This document shows, one piece after another, positions 1 through 15,164 of a DNA stretch of 64,000 nucleotides. Both the position numbers and the translations under genes were made by a program. How positions within the stretch are numbered: position 1 is the first letter of the stretch; each line of letters starts with the position of its first letter. This DNA comes from Pavona decussata (Eukaryota). Below the pieces are notes generated by a model that had not been told where the DNA came from, ran no database searches, and saw only the letters and a program-made list of their open reading frames with translations. Location of the stretch: NCBI GenBank assembly GCA_977016875.1, contig CDRNST010000046.1, forward strand, positions 992,001 through 1,056,000, given 5' to 3'.

Positions 1-2124
1 TAACTCGTGACTGAGTACCGATTTTGCTTTACTAGTGGATGGACGCTTTGTTGACTAAACTAAACATTCCCGCTTTTAAAACGATATTGTCCAACCCCTA
101 AGATGAACAAAACACCTTTTAGTGGACTTGTCAGGGTAGCATCAAGTGACCCAGTTCCTCAATTAGTTTGTCATTAGCATGAAATAGATTCAGACAAACT
201 TGTTTGTTTTAGCATCTAGGATGGCCTATTTCATTTGGAGTATCTGTAGCCTGAACAAACAGTGTTTTAAGCGCTCAATTGTGGCTCGATATTGAAACCA
301 AATTGCCGACCTTCCAGATTTTGCAAATGTGTACAAAACGAGGGCTTTGGGTGATTCAAAAATCTCGAAATCTTAATCATTATAAAAAAAGAAAAATATT
401 TCACTTTAAACAATTTGAATGTAATCAGACTCAATTAGGACTTCTTTTGTCTTCTTAACTTCGATAGTTAACAGACGGTCACAAAGCACAGACCTTTTAT
501 ATCAACAATAATTTCTCGATCAATGCATGCCTTTTAATTCATGGGCGAGAAGTGAATCAAAGAATTATCAGTGCACACATCAATTCTTTCACCATGTTCA
601 GTGTCTGATTTGACGCGGAATTCGTTAGTTGGAAGAGCAGTTGTCACGTTTTTACCGCTGTTCTAGTCTAGCTCTTAAACATTCAGGAGTATATTTCGCG
701 CCTTTTGAATGTTAAGATGGAAGAAGACAAAAAATGTTTAAAGATTAACCACAAGCGCATTCTTCCATCGGGCATCAATCTTATACAAAAACAAATCTTA
801 CCTGGGGTAACAAAAAATAAATTAAGCAATTAAAACTGACAATCAAATGTGGCACTTAAAAGGGAGTCAACGGGAAAAAATCGAAAAATATAAACGCGTC
901 AAAGCAAGTTAAAAAAAAAATCCTCCGCAACTTCAGTGTTTTTTGAAGAGATTGGTTGCTTTGAATCCCGCACCCAGCTGTATTTACTCAAAAATGGTTG
1001 AATTAATGCTTCAAAACTGCCGAGCACAATGGCAGGTCGAAAGAAAACAACGTGCCATTTGCCGTCCACCGTGGGTCGTACATCTGCTATTTCTGTCAAC
1101 AAATCAAACAATGGGTAGGAGCAATTGAATAGGTTCCCGCAGCAACCTCACACAAATCCTTTGATGTATCATATCAAATAATTAGAATATTCGGAGACAA
1201 AATTCAATATACATTTGTTGGACTCGCGATGATTAGGAAACTCGTGGATGTTACTTTAAAATTAGTTGTAACTACTAAGCATGCGAGTTGCCTCCAGTGA
1301 CTAGCCTAGCTTTAGTGAATAATAATGTTAGTATCATTAGTATTGTGCGCAAGATGAGTGCTATTAGACCGTGAAGGTACCGAAACGTAGTGAAAGGATT
1401 GTATGTATCATAAAAATGCTGTAATCTGTAAATAAGTCGGCAAAAAGGTGACATTTTGTTCTGTAATAGCGAGAACAATCTGATTTGTTTACAAAAGGAT
1501 TGCTCGAATGCCATAATTCAGTTTACAGTGACTGCTTGTATTTCGTGAAATAAGAGTTGTAAAATAATGACCTCGTTCCAAAAAAGAGGCGTTCAAAGTG
1601 TGTTAAAAGAGCAATTTTAAGATAAGGTAGACATTGATGTATTTTTTCTTTGCAAAAGAAAAGGCGGACTACGGAAAAAACGCAAAAGAAAGGGAAGAAA
1701 ATTAGCTCAACAATGAGCTTAATTTGTTTAGAATGTTGCATGAAGAGAATTATAAAAGTGGGATATAAAACCGATAAACAATGTTTCGTTTCAAAAGCCC
1801 ACTGATGGGTTGGGAGAAGAATCGTCGTGTATTGTAAAAGTGTCGATTTGAAACACCAATCCTGATTACTAATGCTGAATAATTCAAACCTTAGAAGACT
1901 TGAAACAACCAGAAGAAATGATTAGGAGAAAAAAAGACAGGTATAAGCCAAGCTGTAACAACAATAACATGTAATAATGAGCCGATCGTAGGAAAAACTG
2001 CGTTTACTACTAGTAAAGTGACTGACAAGTGAAGAAAAAAGTACATTGTCGAAAACGTTTTCATAGCGCTGGAATATGCTGCAAAGAAACGTTAAATTAC
2101 AATGTGACTTTGTTATTGAGGACC

Positions 2125-2369
2125 GAGACAGGGGTATAACAGTCTAAGATAAGAAAAAAGATATTCTACTCCAAAAGACAATTAACAAAGATTAATCACT
2201 CAGGTTTTGAAGGAAATTTAAGACATTTAATTTTAATGGAACATACTGGAAACGTTATATTACCATTTGACTTTGCTATCCAGGAGGGAGACAGGAGTAT
2301 ATCCTAGTCCAAAAGACTATTAACAAAGATTAGTCACAGAAGGAAATTTAAGTCATTTAATTTTAACGG
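2125..2369 (+). repeat. Diverged local direct repeat
   Basis: GAGACAGG.GTATA..TCCAAAAGAC.ATTAACAAAGATTA.TCAC..GAAGGAAATTTAAG.CATTTAATTTTAA occurs at about 2125-2238 and 2288-2367. Confidence 0.8.
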
Positions 2370-5300
2370 TTTCAAATGAATTAAAGGAGAAAGTAGACAA
2401 CCATATAGCCAGATAAGGATGCTGGAAAGTAGGCGTCATACTAAAAATAAAACTGAATTGTGTTTATTCTTAATTTTTAGCAGAGCCTGTCGATGTTTAT
2501 CAATTAACTTCATTCTGAAGCAACTATTTATTGTTAAACAATATGTCCTTTTCAGTACGTGCCCAAAATTTATCAACTACATGGAAAAGACTTATATCCG
2601 ATTGCATTCACAAAGAAGATTTTCGTATTGAAACACGAGACTGCTTTCAGCCTTAATTTTGTTTCACTCTTTTACAAGATTAGATTTCAGGTAATTTTGA
2701 TTTAATCTTCACAAGGTGAAAAAAATATCCTTTTCCAATTTTAAAACAATTTCCATCTCAAATTCAATAAGCCTAGTTACTCACAAAGTTAGCAATCGCT
2801 TCGTAGTCAAAAGGAAATTGTTGACAAAAATTATTGTTATATCTCTGAACATTCTCATATGACTTAAATAAGAAGGAAATTAATTTGGCGCTATTAACTC
2901 CTTCATAATTTCAAGCAATTCACTGATTTAAAATTCACTTCCTCCATTCATTCTCAAAGTTCTATCGAATAGGTTTCATCGTAAAAAATACAAATCTAAA
3001 TAAAGACTTGCGACGATGTTACTTAATTACTTAACGGTGTGGCAATAGACTAATTTTCTAAGGTATAAATCTGCCCACAAATGTAGGACTGAAGAGACAG
3101 GAATAAATAAACGATACGAAACAAATTAATACTTCATTAAGGCAAAGCACTAAATAGCGAAAAACTATCATTTAACAAGTTGTCAATTCATCCTCCTACG
3201 CGAGATTGAGAGAAAATTGTTCTCTGATAGCCAGGGTGCAGTTCAAGGGTTAACAAAACACATCAGGTTGCCTTTCTTGCAAAATATTAAAGGGGTTAGG
3301 TTTTTTTCGTTATCACGTTATGCAAGGTCTTCTTAAAAAGAAATAGCACGCCCGAGAAATCATTTGACAAAATTTTTAAGGGCGTTGTACAAATAGTAGC
3401 GACGTAATGAAGTTCTCGAAAGAACCAAACAGTAACTATATGTCCAGTACGATCAAAATTAATACTAACCTATATCTAATAAAACCGAGACTTCTAATTA
3501 GACTCATTGAATGTATCGAGCACAAACTCAAAGTTTTATGGCATGTCACTTAATAACATGAAAATCAATGTACGAATTTACTACCTGAATTTTGCACCGC
3601 GAGGCTGGTTGACATGACACCGACCGTCGAGATACCGCTTATGGTTGAAATTGAAAGTTGAAAGTTATTAATTTAGAAAGTAAAGAAAAGTTCCAACGAT
3701 TCTCACTTGGCGGAAATTTAATCGACATTGATAGCGTCACAAGGAATTGTGGGATATTGATCCGGTTTATTTCTCATACGAAAACGCTTAATTACAACTA
3801 CATACCTCTCCGAATTAATTTAATACATAGATTCCAAAAAGATGAAGTCTCGATTAGTACAAAGTATTTCAGTCCCAAACGGTTTTTTTTTCCGTTTCCC
3901 CTTGGTTTTTGTTTCCACCAACCAACACTAAAATGTTGTGAAGGGTGACAGCTTTCGCTCTCAGAGTCATAACTTCGCTTTTGTAGTTTGATTTTCGCAA
4001 AGAGTGTCCACTCAAATGAAAGCTAAATTTGGAGCTTATTGCATTTGGTGCTGTTTGTTTCTTAACATTTTGCAGTTTGAAATTTTGTGCTTTTCTCACG
4101 AAAGAATACAATAACCTTATCCGACATTTATTTCGAAGCAACACGAAATTTATTTAAGAATAGGTTCACTTTCGAAAACCTTCCTACATTTATTTCTGTT
4201 GTTAACCTGTTTTTCAGTTTCTAAGTCATCTCTTTGTCCTCTCCATTTTAAAAAGAGGAAAATTGCGGTGACCACTAAGTGATTTTTTGTTGTCTTAAAG
4301 GAAAAGGAAATTGAAGCTTGCAATCAGTAAACCGATAGGAGGACTTTGATGAAACATAGTCCCATGATGATGAACTTAAATTTGTTAAGGCCATTTTATT
4401 TGTTATTAATTGACGTCCTTTAAATAATAGTGTTTGAGAGGGGGTTGGGGTATTAAAAACCGATTTTCCAATCGTAATTGCTTCTTAATAAAACAAACAT
4501 CACCTGCAGAGTTACCCTACACTGAAAACGTTATTTAAAAGGAAGGACAAAAAAAAAAGGAAATGCAGTATTTAATACAGTAAAATTGCTACAATTTTCC
4601 TGAAAAAAAAAATATAAAGCAGTCTGCTACTTTTCTAATTAAAAAATCAATTTCCACAAATTAAACAAACATCATTTTGCAAAAATAAAATTATTCAGAC
4701 AGCTGTACAACAGAAATAAGGATAAGGAAAAATAAAATACAGAATATGTTTCTAAATCATACAGAATTATCCACGATAGTAGACAAAAAAGGCAACTTTG
4801 GTATCATAAGTCTTAGATGTGGAGTGCAAGAAGCTGCTTAATCAAGTTATAGCGTTAACAGCAAACCAGCTTTTTTCGATTTTAATTAGTCGCTGCTTAA
4901 ATAAAGTCCCCTCCAATTGTACTAATTAAGACAATTGTTTGCATAAAGGTTCAATAAATCCCGCACACCTTCGAGAGATCGATTTGGCGTCCGTAATTAC
5001 TAGGAATTGAATGTAAATTTTAAGACCAGTTTTGGGCGTAGCTGTTTTCTGAATGCTGCAATGGTTCGCCTTTTAGTTTTTGCTTTGATTTTGATTTTCA
5101 ACTGAATAAAAACATCCGCACTGCTTGAAAAAAGGTCAAGCTTAACACGACAAGAATCATAAGGTATTGAGCCTTGTGACATGTTGGAGGCTCAAAGAAG
5201 GCTTCTCTCCATGTAGATTTTATACAAAATTTGATTTGTCCGACCAGTTAAAAAAAATAAAGGAAAACGATGAATGCCGACCACGTTCTGGGATGACACA

Positions 5301-6829
5301 AAGAACACTGGCAATGTCCTCATAAGAGACACCAGTGGAAGACAGTCGATAGGCAATTCGTTATTGGATCGAACTAATATAACAGCTTACAGCCAAGCAA
5401 ACCCACCAACAAATTACCTTGTTCCCGCTCTGTAAACTTAACTTCAATGTTTGCAGAAAATTAATTACGTTTTGAATTTAAAATTTCTGTATCCATGAAG
5501 GGCATTTTCGTTCAACAGGGAATCTGTGGTTACCTAGTTACCCTTAAAAGAACTAAAAGGCTGACTTGCAGATGAAGAATCTTTGACACCAACATTTTCT
5601 AGATTAATTAAGGGGGAATTTCACCTAAACGCCATTTTTCTGCCACTTGACATGGCTTTAATGGCAATTTCTCATTCACGTTTCAAGCAATCCAAAAACC
5701 CTATCATTATCCCGTGAATCTGTGTTGTGGGGTATTTTGCAAATTGTTGGGTGATTTTTGGATATATTTGGGAGTAGTTTTTTTAGAAGGATTGGTTAAA
5801 TTAAGAGAAATAAGAAATATTGAAGATTTAGTGAAGTTTTAAAATTAGAATTTGTATTTAATAATTAATAGACGGATACCAAGTTAGTCCACTAACAACC
5901 CGGGGTGCTCTTGCGTGGGTATCAACTGTCTGTTGGTGTTCCAAAAATCACTTTCTTTCTTCTATCCCTTCTTAAAACCTCTTTAAATTTCATTCAAATT
6001 TAGGTAAATTGCCCCCTTAATAGGAAGAGGAATGCAACTTGTTAATAGATAGTTTCATAAAATTCCTTGAATTGATCCCATATTAAACACATTAAGATGA
6101 TAAAGAGAAAGATTGTAATAGCAAAGTAAAATGAAGGGGGACAAAGGTTAACATAATTTAGGTCATTATCAGGGCACGACAGTGAAAAAAATAAACAAAT
6201 TTTACCTCCAATAATAAGAAATGAAAATGGAAAGAAGGGTTAAGTTCTCTCACAACCGGATTGCAGAATAACTTAGGCTTCGGGAAAATTCTCCTCATCA
6301 TGTTTAACTTGTTTATACATTGAGTTGCCAAACTCTGTTGTAGAACGGATGAGACTTGCAGCATCAATACATAACATTACTCTGTTTAAAGGTTTAGAAA
6401 AGGGGTGCATCTTGATTCAAACCAGCTTTTCCTGTTTTCTTCTCCTTCACGGGGAAGTTGGCCGAAACTATGTAATAATCATCACTAAATTGTCCGCTAC
6501 AGGTTCTTTATTAATTATCAAGGCCTGTGTTGTTTTACTTTCAAAAATAGCAAAACAAGCATGACTGGGTTAATTCTGACCTGATTAAAAAAACGAAAGT
6601 AATTTACGCGTTTAAGTATCCATTATACATGACTTTGGCGGGGGCAGGTTTGGGGGAAATTTCCAAGCACCCAGGGAGGCTTTTACTTCAGAGATTCGTT
6701 GGCTCATCGTCTTGAGGAATAGTAAATGCTTTATTCCAGAGTGAAGTCAACACAAAATCGTTCTAATCTCCAAATCGTTTCTATGAAGTTGTTGATTCTC
6801 ATTATTGGTTACATCTAGGTGGTCATTGT

Positions 6830-7120
6830 CCTGTTTGAGTGTGATTATAAGATCCGTAACTATTCAGTGGTAATGTCGCTTATTTTTGATGCATTGTTAA
6901 TTGTGCTGTACAAAGTAATTGTATCTTTTTAGAGCCTGTAGAGAGAAATCGTTAAGTGTGGCCAACAATTTGAAGGCTGTTGACTCCTATTTTCCAGTGG
7001 TACGTTTTGGTATATGCTGTACAAACTCGCTCTCCATTTGTTTATTCTAAGGTCGATGAAATCTCAGTGTAATAATTCTAATGAAAGGTACTGAGAAATG
7101 CTGTTGTGGTGTTAACTATT
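6830..7120 (+). repeat. Old diverged 106-bp repeat array (orientation B)
   Basis: GAGCCTGTAGAGAGAAATCGTTAAGTGTGGCCA, ATGCTGTACAA and AATGAAAGGTACTGAG align by eye to the unit. Confidence 0.6.
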
Positions 7121-7451
7121 TTGCTCCTTGTTTTCCAAATATTCGCAACTGAACATCTTAGATCTGTTCATGGATAACCTTAAAAAACACGCCATCTTTT
7201 CTCATGGTTTTGCAGATGAAATTTTTTCTCCACGTGGAGAGAACTAAATAGACCTAATTAGCATAATCTTCAAATTGCTTTAATATTTTAGTGAATAATG
7301 TGGCTTTCGGCTTTGGAGATTTAGTGAAAGGTGGTTTTGTATCTATACAAAAAAGGCCGCTGCTAAATTTTCTCTCTTTGTGCTTATTTTCATTGTGTTG
7401 TACAAGGTGGTCCTGTCCTCGTCTAAATAAAATGCTAAGTTATGAGGCAAC

Positions 7452-7508
7452 ATCAATTATTACTTTGAAGGGCTGAAAAAGATCAATTATTACTTTGAAG
7501 GGCTGAAA
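7452..7508 (+). repeat. Local tandem duplication, 30-bp period
   Basis: ATCAATTATTACTTTGAAGGGCTGAAA at 7452 and 7482. Confidence 0.9.
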
Positions 7509-8600
7509 GTTATTATGCTGCCGCAGTTGTCTTTGCAAAATTTCCTATGTGGTTTTTTTCCTTTTTATTAACATTGCAGCTGGAAAAATACAGCCTACTA
7601 TGTTCATTTAGCAGTTCTGCTAGGTTTGGAGCCACACCTAAGCAACCACCAGTTTGGAGAAAATTCCAGGTTCGTATCACAGGAAGATAACTCAATCTTT
7701 AAGTTGACAAGCAGCTGAAGAGGCTTCAGAAGCGACGAAAAGTTAAGAGAACATATAGAAAAAACCTTTGTCATTGCAAACACGTGTAATGAATTTCAAC
7801 AACAACAAAAAAAAGAACACATTTTGTTTAACTGTCCCCATTTTTTTTAGTTGACCGAAAGGTGTGCAACATGGCTCTCAATTTTGGGTCAGTGCATGTA
7901 ATCCTCGATTGTGGTAATTTATATGAACAGCAGATACCAACTATGGCGCTTCTTGTTTATCATTGTTTACTCCATTAAAACTTGGTACGTACACTTTTAA
8001 ACTTTTCTTGCTTAAGATTTTCACAATGGAGCCTCGTTACGAAAAAAGAATAGACATATTAGAACTGAACTACCCATGTTTGTCGCGATGCGTAAATGAG
8101 CGAATCCAAACTATCCCTAAGACTGCAAAGATGGCTGTTCCGAATCCTTGACCTGCTCAGAAAAGTTCTACCTTAAATTGTAGTGTAATAGAAAAAATCT
8201 TTGGCCAAAGCTCATAGCTGGATAGAACACACGCTCAAACGGAGCAGGAAGATGCTACTTGTTATTAGATTTATGCAAGGCTGGACTGCGTAGAAAACTT
8301 AACACGACAGCGACATGATAGAGACCAAACCGAGAATCAACAGAATGCGGCAACCGTGGACAGCTGTTTCGAGCTGATTAGATCTTTTACAGATCCTGCG
8401 TATACCTACAGCATTTTCGTTGTGCGGTTCCTTGCTTATAGTTTACTTGCTATTAGTATTTTTTCAATTTCAAACACAAATTAATCCAAATCAATCAAAA
8501 TTTTCTAGAGCCCACTTCAAACTTGCTGATGAGTGAACTTTTGATAACATTTTTGATACAACCCTTATAGAACTGTATGTGGTTCGAATAGTTGCGTCTA

Positions 8601-8743
8601 CTAATAAATCCCAAGGCATGATTTACATAGGCACTGTTAAGTGCATTCGCACTGTACTCTTAGAAGAAAGCTAAATAAATCCTAGGGCATGATTTACATT
8701 GGCGCTGTTTAGTGCATTCGCACTGTACTCTTAGAAGAAAGCT
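8601..8743 (+). repeat. Local tandem duplication, two copies of about 71 bp
   Basis: GTGCATTCGCACTGTACTCTTAGAAGAAAGCT at 8641 and 8712. Confidence 0.9.
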
Positions 8744-9099
8744 GTAAGCTGTCGGTGAGCACATGACAATTGTACGTATTGAATAGGTTTTCACCAGAAT
8801 TTCAAACTTTTTGAGTTAACTTACTTTCTTACTTTCTTAAGAGTACCTGGTCCATGAAGTTCCGCTTAATTAGAAGTAAAACCTAACGTTTCATAACGAA
8901 ACAAACCAAAGTGTGAAATTTCTTTCCAAGGTGATATTTGGTGCATGCCTTTACGCGGTTATTGCGTTAATCTGTTTTCCACTCTATACGGTGTGTACAA
9001 CGTGAACTTTTCAACAACCGAAATCAGTGCAGTGGAGGCTATGTTAATGTCGCAACCATCGCCGTTACGTACGCCTGAGCCGCCTCGAAACGAAAGAAA

Positions 9100-9170
9100 T
9101 CAGGCTTGAACGGGAATCGAACTCATGACCTCAGCGATACCTGTGTAGTGCGCTATCGACTAAGCTATCA
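9100..9170 (-). mobile_element. tRNA-derived SINE head (degenerate)
   Basis: Minus strand reads TGATAGCTTAGTCGATAGCGCACTACACAGGTATCGCTGAGGTCATGAGTTCGATTCCCGTTCAAGCCTGA: A-box-like and B-box-like motifs at tRNA spacing but no acceptor stem. Confidence 0.7.
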
Positions 9171-12100
9171 GTTCGTTGCACGGTTCGTGAAAATCTAAGC
9201 AAGAAAGTAATGAACATCAGTTCCATGCAAGAACTCCGTTGAAGAGCATTGATATGAGGACATATAAACATTGTTGTTACCTTTTGCAAGTTAGTACCAA
9301 AGAAGTCTTCTCTACAATATTAAATGTTTCGGACACTGACTTGTAAAAACGTTCAAACACATTTATCAAAAACTTAGAAAGGATGTTTCGTCCGAAAATC
9401 TTCGGCCTTCATCGATTTAAAAAGACAAATAAGCAAACGCATATCTAATGGTTCTTTAATACAGTATACCGTGTTCAAGGACAACAGTCGCGCCTTGAAA
9501 TTTACATCAGAGTTGACGTAGAAAATAAGGAACCGGTGCGGACCAACTCTGACTGAGAAATAAACATGGAAAATGTTGTATAATCCTTTATTCCATTTCG
9601 TTTTTTCAGTATGTTTTGGCATTTTCCCATCTTTTCAGATTATCTCTACGCAGAAAAAGGCTTGCCTCTGTGATGCCTATCAAGAGACTGATTCACACCT
9701 GACTGGTCAACGTTTTTACACAAACGACTCAAACTCTACTTCTTCATACGATGGGTAATTTAGAATATATGGACAAAGCAACAAAATCAGGTTAAAATGC
9801 TTAAAATTACAGGAAATTTGGTTTTTCATGGATATGACAAGTTATACCCTGCAACTAAACAAGCCGTTCTAAAGCAATAATTCTTAACCGCAAGACGAAG
9901 ACAGCAGTAATCATGAGTGATGAAGTTTATTTTGAGTTACCGGATACCTTTTTTTCATATTTTAATTTGTTGTGAAGAGGATGTGGTAAATCATGTACGG
10001 AAATGAAAAAAAAAGTTTTCTTTGGGTCTTGAATAAGAAAAAAAACTCCCTACCAGTAAAAGATCAAAAATCGTTATATACCCACTCAAATTAAGAAGTA
10101 CTTCATTTCAAGAACAAGTCACAAGATGTCTTCAGCCATCGCTAATTGTGCTTTCGTTTAACTCAATTATTAAAGTTTGTTTTTCTTGACAACTGTTATT
10201 TTACTTTTTAATGAGATTTAGGTCAGTTAGTATTTTAATTACGCGGTTTACTGCCGTCGTACAAATAAGTCTTTGATTTTAAACAGTTCAGTGACTGCAA
10301 TTTTTATTATAAGGGTGCAATCTTTAATTTTCCGCGAAAAAAAAAAAAAACATGATTCCGCTAAAAAACTATAACTTTTGGAATATAAATGAGCGGAAAT
10401 GTTCAGACTTGACAATATCGAACGCTCATATCAGAAAGCATTTTGTTCTTTTTTCCTTTTCATGGCAGTCTTATGAACAGGCTGACGTTTATTACTTCAA
10501 AACAAAGGATAAAACGTACAAAAAGGTTATGATTATTATTAAAAAGGAAAAAAGATTCTTCTCATCCATTGAGGCTGTGAACAGATGGAGAAAGTCGTGT
10601 TTTTTCAGGTGTCCATATGAAAGATTTTGGCTGAATCACGCCGGTTTGAAACCAAACCTCAATTGCGCATGTATGAAACAATTAACCCTCTAACAAAAGA
10701 GACTGAAAACATTTTTAAAAGCTTAAAATATCCTCTAATGACTCCATCTTTAATTTTTTCCCTTTTCCATACGTTTCTGACCAAACGTCACGCATAAATC
10801 CATGACTATTTCCAAAACCACACAAATAATCAAAAAGATCTATAACTATGTATAATCAATTCGCTTTTACGCTTGCGAACATTAATATTACAGTCAAGTT
10901 TCTTAAGAATGTTTACAAATTCATGTTGAAGGGAAAATTAACATCTTCGAGCACTTACCGTAAATTAAAGTTGATATAAATGAACTTAAAGGGTAACAAT
11001 TTGGTTGTAAGTTTATCTTAAGTCGCTTTACCTTAACAATGATTAGAAATTTATCGCCGTCTAACAAAAATCCCATTTCAAACGTTGTCCGCGTTTCATG
11101 TAGTTTTCAGTAATGATCAACCTTACTCGTGTAACGAAAACTTGCCACCTAACAACTTTGTCGTCTTAATTGTTGTTGGTCACAAACTATTTGCGATAGG
11201 TGGGAAAGACCTTCCCATTCTCGTGGCTATACGCTTACCGAGATTATTTTATTCTATTTTATTGCTTTTTGGCTGGGCATCAGTTTTCCTTTTGTGCTGA
11301 AACCCTTTGTTTTATCGTGGAAGGGTTCTACTTCAAACACCTCAAGCCTTTTATCGAACATTTATTAAAAGGGCATTGACTTCTACTCATTTAGAACATT
11401 CACTTTCTGTGAATCATTGTGCTAGAATGCTTACTGTTATATTTTGTATTTTAGTGCGCAAAGATTCCTAGCAAATACAATAAAATTGCTGGTAAGATTA
11501 GATGAGTGAATCCCATGATCAGTATATAGAGTGTAAAAGAGTGTTGTATTTTGAGAATGCATGCGCTGTATTTTTTTCATTTTCCCTAGTACTTTAAGCC
11601 TATGAGTGAAGACGCAAACGCATTCAGTGCTAAGATTCAGTTCTACAAGCCTTGCCCACGAAATTATATTCTTCAAAAGCAATATTATTATTATTACTGT
11701 TATTTTGAAATTCATCTGTCCCACATTGACACCATATCTCCGGACATATCTTCAAACAAATGCGCAATAACTTTATTTTCAGTGATTGGAACTTTTTGTG
11801 AATAGGAGGAAGCATATTAACTTAAGACGGTAATAATAAAACAGATCAATCTGAAGAGAAAAGAAAATAATGTCAAGTGTTTAGGTGTGAACATAGCAAA
11901 TCTAAAACAAAGATATCACCATCTCTAAACTACCATTCCGTTTCTCTAGTTCGCTCCTGCACTGTAAGGCGTTTGTAACTCTTAACAAGAATTACACTCC
12001 CAACGTAGTTGTCTCGGCTTTTTACGTTTTAGAGAGAATAAAAGCGTAATTTTGTAAAGTATGTGAAGTGAAGTCAAGTCAGTGATTGATTCTCGTTGAG

Positions 12101-12459
12101 AGTTAAAAACTTTTTGCAAGCACAATTTAGCTGTGTACAGTAACTGACTTCTGTGAGCTTTGGAGTTGCGGCTTTGCCAGTAAGATTTTTAACCATTTGT
12201 TCCTTTTTCAGTTACCTCAAAATGAACTGCTTTCATTAGAATACACAAACTAAATGGACTTTTTTGCATACTTTGAATTATAACAACTGGATAAGAACAA
12301 AACGGACATTGACCCGTGTTAGCGAACATGTCACCTTCCTGCCGCAGTAACTTTAAGCCAAGCAGTCAACTGATATAAGGAACATTTAAAAAAATTCATC
12401 TATAGCACGACAAGCAGTAACAGAGACAAGCACTGTGCCCTTTGTTACTAAATACTTAA

Positions 12460-12930
12460 CCTTCAGGTTATTTATACAGACTTCAAAAAGATGAAAATAC
12501 CTTCTACAGCATAAACACTACATAATAGCAATGTATTCCACATTAGCTTTCATTTGAATGCCGGGTCACATCCTCCAAAAAATAGAAACGCTTGGTGCAG
12601 GACAATAAATAGCATTACAGCCTTAATACGTAATTAATCAAAAGAAATCGCTGGATTGGTCACACTTTAGGATTTCGTCCACAGACTCAAGCTTGATCTA
12701 CAGTGCTTAGTAGAATATAACGGCAGGTTAATCGTTAGAGGTACACGTAAACATACACTGATTCCGCAAAGATTATAGCAACAATACAATAAACATCAAA
12801 CCTCTGCATCATTCCTATATTTCATGGGATGGTAGTACGAAAGTCCTGAACTAAGCTCTTATCTCAGAACATTATTGTAAAATGTAAAAAATAGTACCAC
12901 AAGAACCCAATCACCTTGCTCAGTTTCCTC
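12460..12930 (-). repeat. Diverged 106-bp repeat fragments (orientation A)
   Basis: TAGCTTTCATTTGAATG at about 12544; TGGTCACACTTTAGGATTTCGTCCACAGACTCAA at about 12657-12690. Confidence 0.75.
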
Positions 12931-13122
12931 TGCATAAGAAAGAGCATAGCCATAACACGATGGAAAGGAAATGGCACGGGACAGATACTAAACATAATTA
13001 TTTTAGTCTTGAGGTAAATGAACGTTTTCTTAATATTCGGAACTGGTTCAGTGTATTAGCTATGTGAAGTCACTGAGTTTTTGTTAGAAACTGAAAACAA
13101 ACAGTAGCACTGAAGGCAAGGC

Positions 13123-13124
<2 letters not shown>

Positions 13125-13163
<39 letters not shown>
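13125..13163 (+). repeat. (AAT)13 microsatellite
   Basis: Read directly. Confidence 0.95.
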
Positions 13164-14816
13164 CCACTCGACATGTTTTTCCTCTTTTGTCAGTTGTTTT
13201 CTTGACTGAGTATTATTTACTTAATTAAATTATATTCAGTAGACACAAGGATATTAAATTTTATTTTTTAAGCATCTCCAACTCACTCTTCTGATGAACA
13301 ACAACTTGACAGGAAAATCCAAAACAGAATCGAGATTTATTAGGAACGTCAGTTGTGGTACGTTTTGCAGGAAATCGATTTCGCAAAACGATCAATCAAA
13401 CCTGTTCTTTGGATGTTGAAGAACGTCAATAAAAACGAATATAAAAAAAGTTTAGAAGTGAAACATTTAAATTCTTGTCAAATGAGTCACTGATATCCCC
13501 TTCCAAACAAAACGAGTAGATGGCTATAACTAAAGTGATTGTTTAAATACATTGTTTCTTCACCTGGAAAAAGCACTTTAAGTAGAGAGTGAGTTTGAAA
13601 AATTATCTGTTAGCCATTCAGTGTAAAAGCACTTAAAGAAACGCTAAAACGCTTCGGCATAACGCGTATTTAAAATGGCTAAAACGAACTTTTAATGGCA
13701 ATAATGGGTTATTAAATAGCTCAAATAAAGAACAAATTGCTTCCATTATTTGACAGCTTTTTCCTTTTGGAATATGCACAAGGTGGGTGAATAAAATAAG
13801 GCAGATTTCTTTGCCGAACAAAAACTGAATCATTCAAGGGCGTTGAAACAAAACGAGGCAGTGCAAATCCCTTTCTCATTTAAAAGGTTTCGTTAAGTCA
13901 TTAGGAAAACAAGAAAGCTAAAAATCGGAAACCGCGAAGGATATTCGTTTCTGCTTTCATCGTAAATTTGCTGAATAAGGTAAGAAGCCCATCTTCCATA
14001 TTGTGGCAATTCAGTGGGTGGATTATATATGTTACCTCAGTGAGGTGGGATAGAATTTCTCTTGTATCCGTTCGGTATGATTTTACGTTTTCCTTCTAAT
14101 TGTATTTCCTAATACCCACGCTAGGTGCTAAGCTGAACCGTAAACGAATTTACAATTTGGCATCCGACGATTTTGTTATCCATTCTAGTTTGGACTGTAG
14201 CATTAGTTAAACGAAACCATTTGGAATGACAAAACTACACATGGTCTCAGTGGTTGGGGAACATACATCAGCCTATTCAGAAGTCCCATCAAGATTACAT
14301 CTCTATCTTTTCATATAAAGAAAATAAACTGATCCTGAAATATTATGGGAACATAAAGTAAAGTCGACGCACTTAAAAGGGATGAGAGGGTGAGTTTCTA
14401 AAGAAAATGTGGTGCTAAGTCCATAGGAGAATGACACACCGATATCAACCCAGTTGGTAAGGTAAATTGTTCAACACAATTCAAAACCAGCGATTCAAAA
14501 CCTGAAGATTCCAGTGTTAGCATTACCTTGGAAGATTTAGTACCTGAAACGTTAGCTTTGCAATTTTTCACAGTGCAAAGTTAACTCTACCAACTCAGTT
14601 GTTACCAGAGTGAAAAAAACACTTTCGTTAAGGTAGAAATTTTCGCCTTCCACCCCCACCACCCCAACGACGACGACGACTTCGTTGTTAATAGTATTGC
14701 TGCCACTCGTTATTTGGGCTAAACAAAATTTCATCGTTTCTTAAACAAATTTCTCGCGATACTCAGTAAATCTTAGCATACCTTTAACACGAATAAACAT
14801 TGATAGCCTTTCTGAG

Positions 14817-15164
14817 CTCGGGGGGGGGGGGGGGTACTCCCTTATATGGGCTATATAGGTATGTGCGGCGCCAAAGGGTATGGTTTTTCGGCTGTTTTGG
14901 TCATAAATAGGGTATCGCTTTTAGCCATTTTGCCGCCATTTTGGTAATAAATAGGGTATAGATTTTTGCACTCTAGTCCTGGGTTCGATTTTCTTTAGAA
15001 GAAGCTACTTCTGGTCATAAATAGGGTAGGGAAAATCGCAGATTTTAGTCATAAATAGGGTAGGGAAAATCGCAGATTTTAGTCATAAATAGGGTAAGGG
15101 TATTGGGAAGCGGGCCGCACACCCCTACCCAATTTTTTTTGGAGTACCCCCCCCCCCCCCCGGG
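14817..15164. mobile_element. Non-autonomous DNA transposon (MITE), 348 bp, G/C-run TIRs and internal repeats
   Basis: Left CTCGGG(G)nTACTCC and right GGAGTAC(C)nCGGG; flanking direct repeat CTGAG at 14812-14816 and 15165-15169; internal 34-bp tandem repeat starting at 15014, 15048 and 15082 (last partial). Confidence 0.9.

Noticed and set aside
9100-9170. Possible tRNA gene (also 50330-50405)
   Set aside because: A and B boxes are present but the acceptor and anticodon stems do not pair; better explained as SINE heads.
15014-15100. CRISPR-like regular repeats (also the 106-bp arrays)
   Set aside because: Head-to-tail repeats without unique spacers, no cas genes, eukaryotic context.
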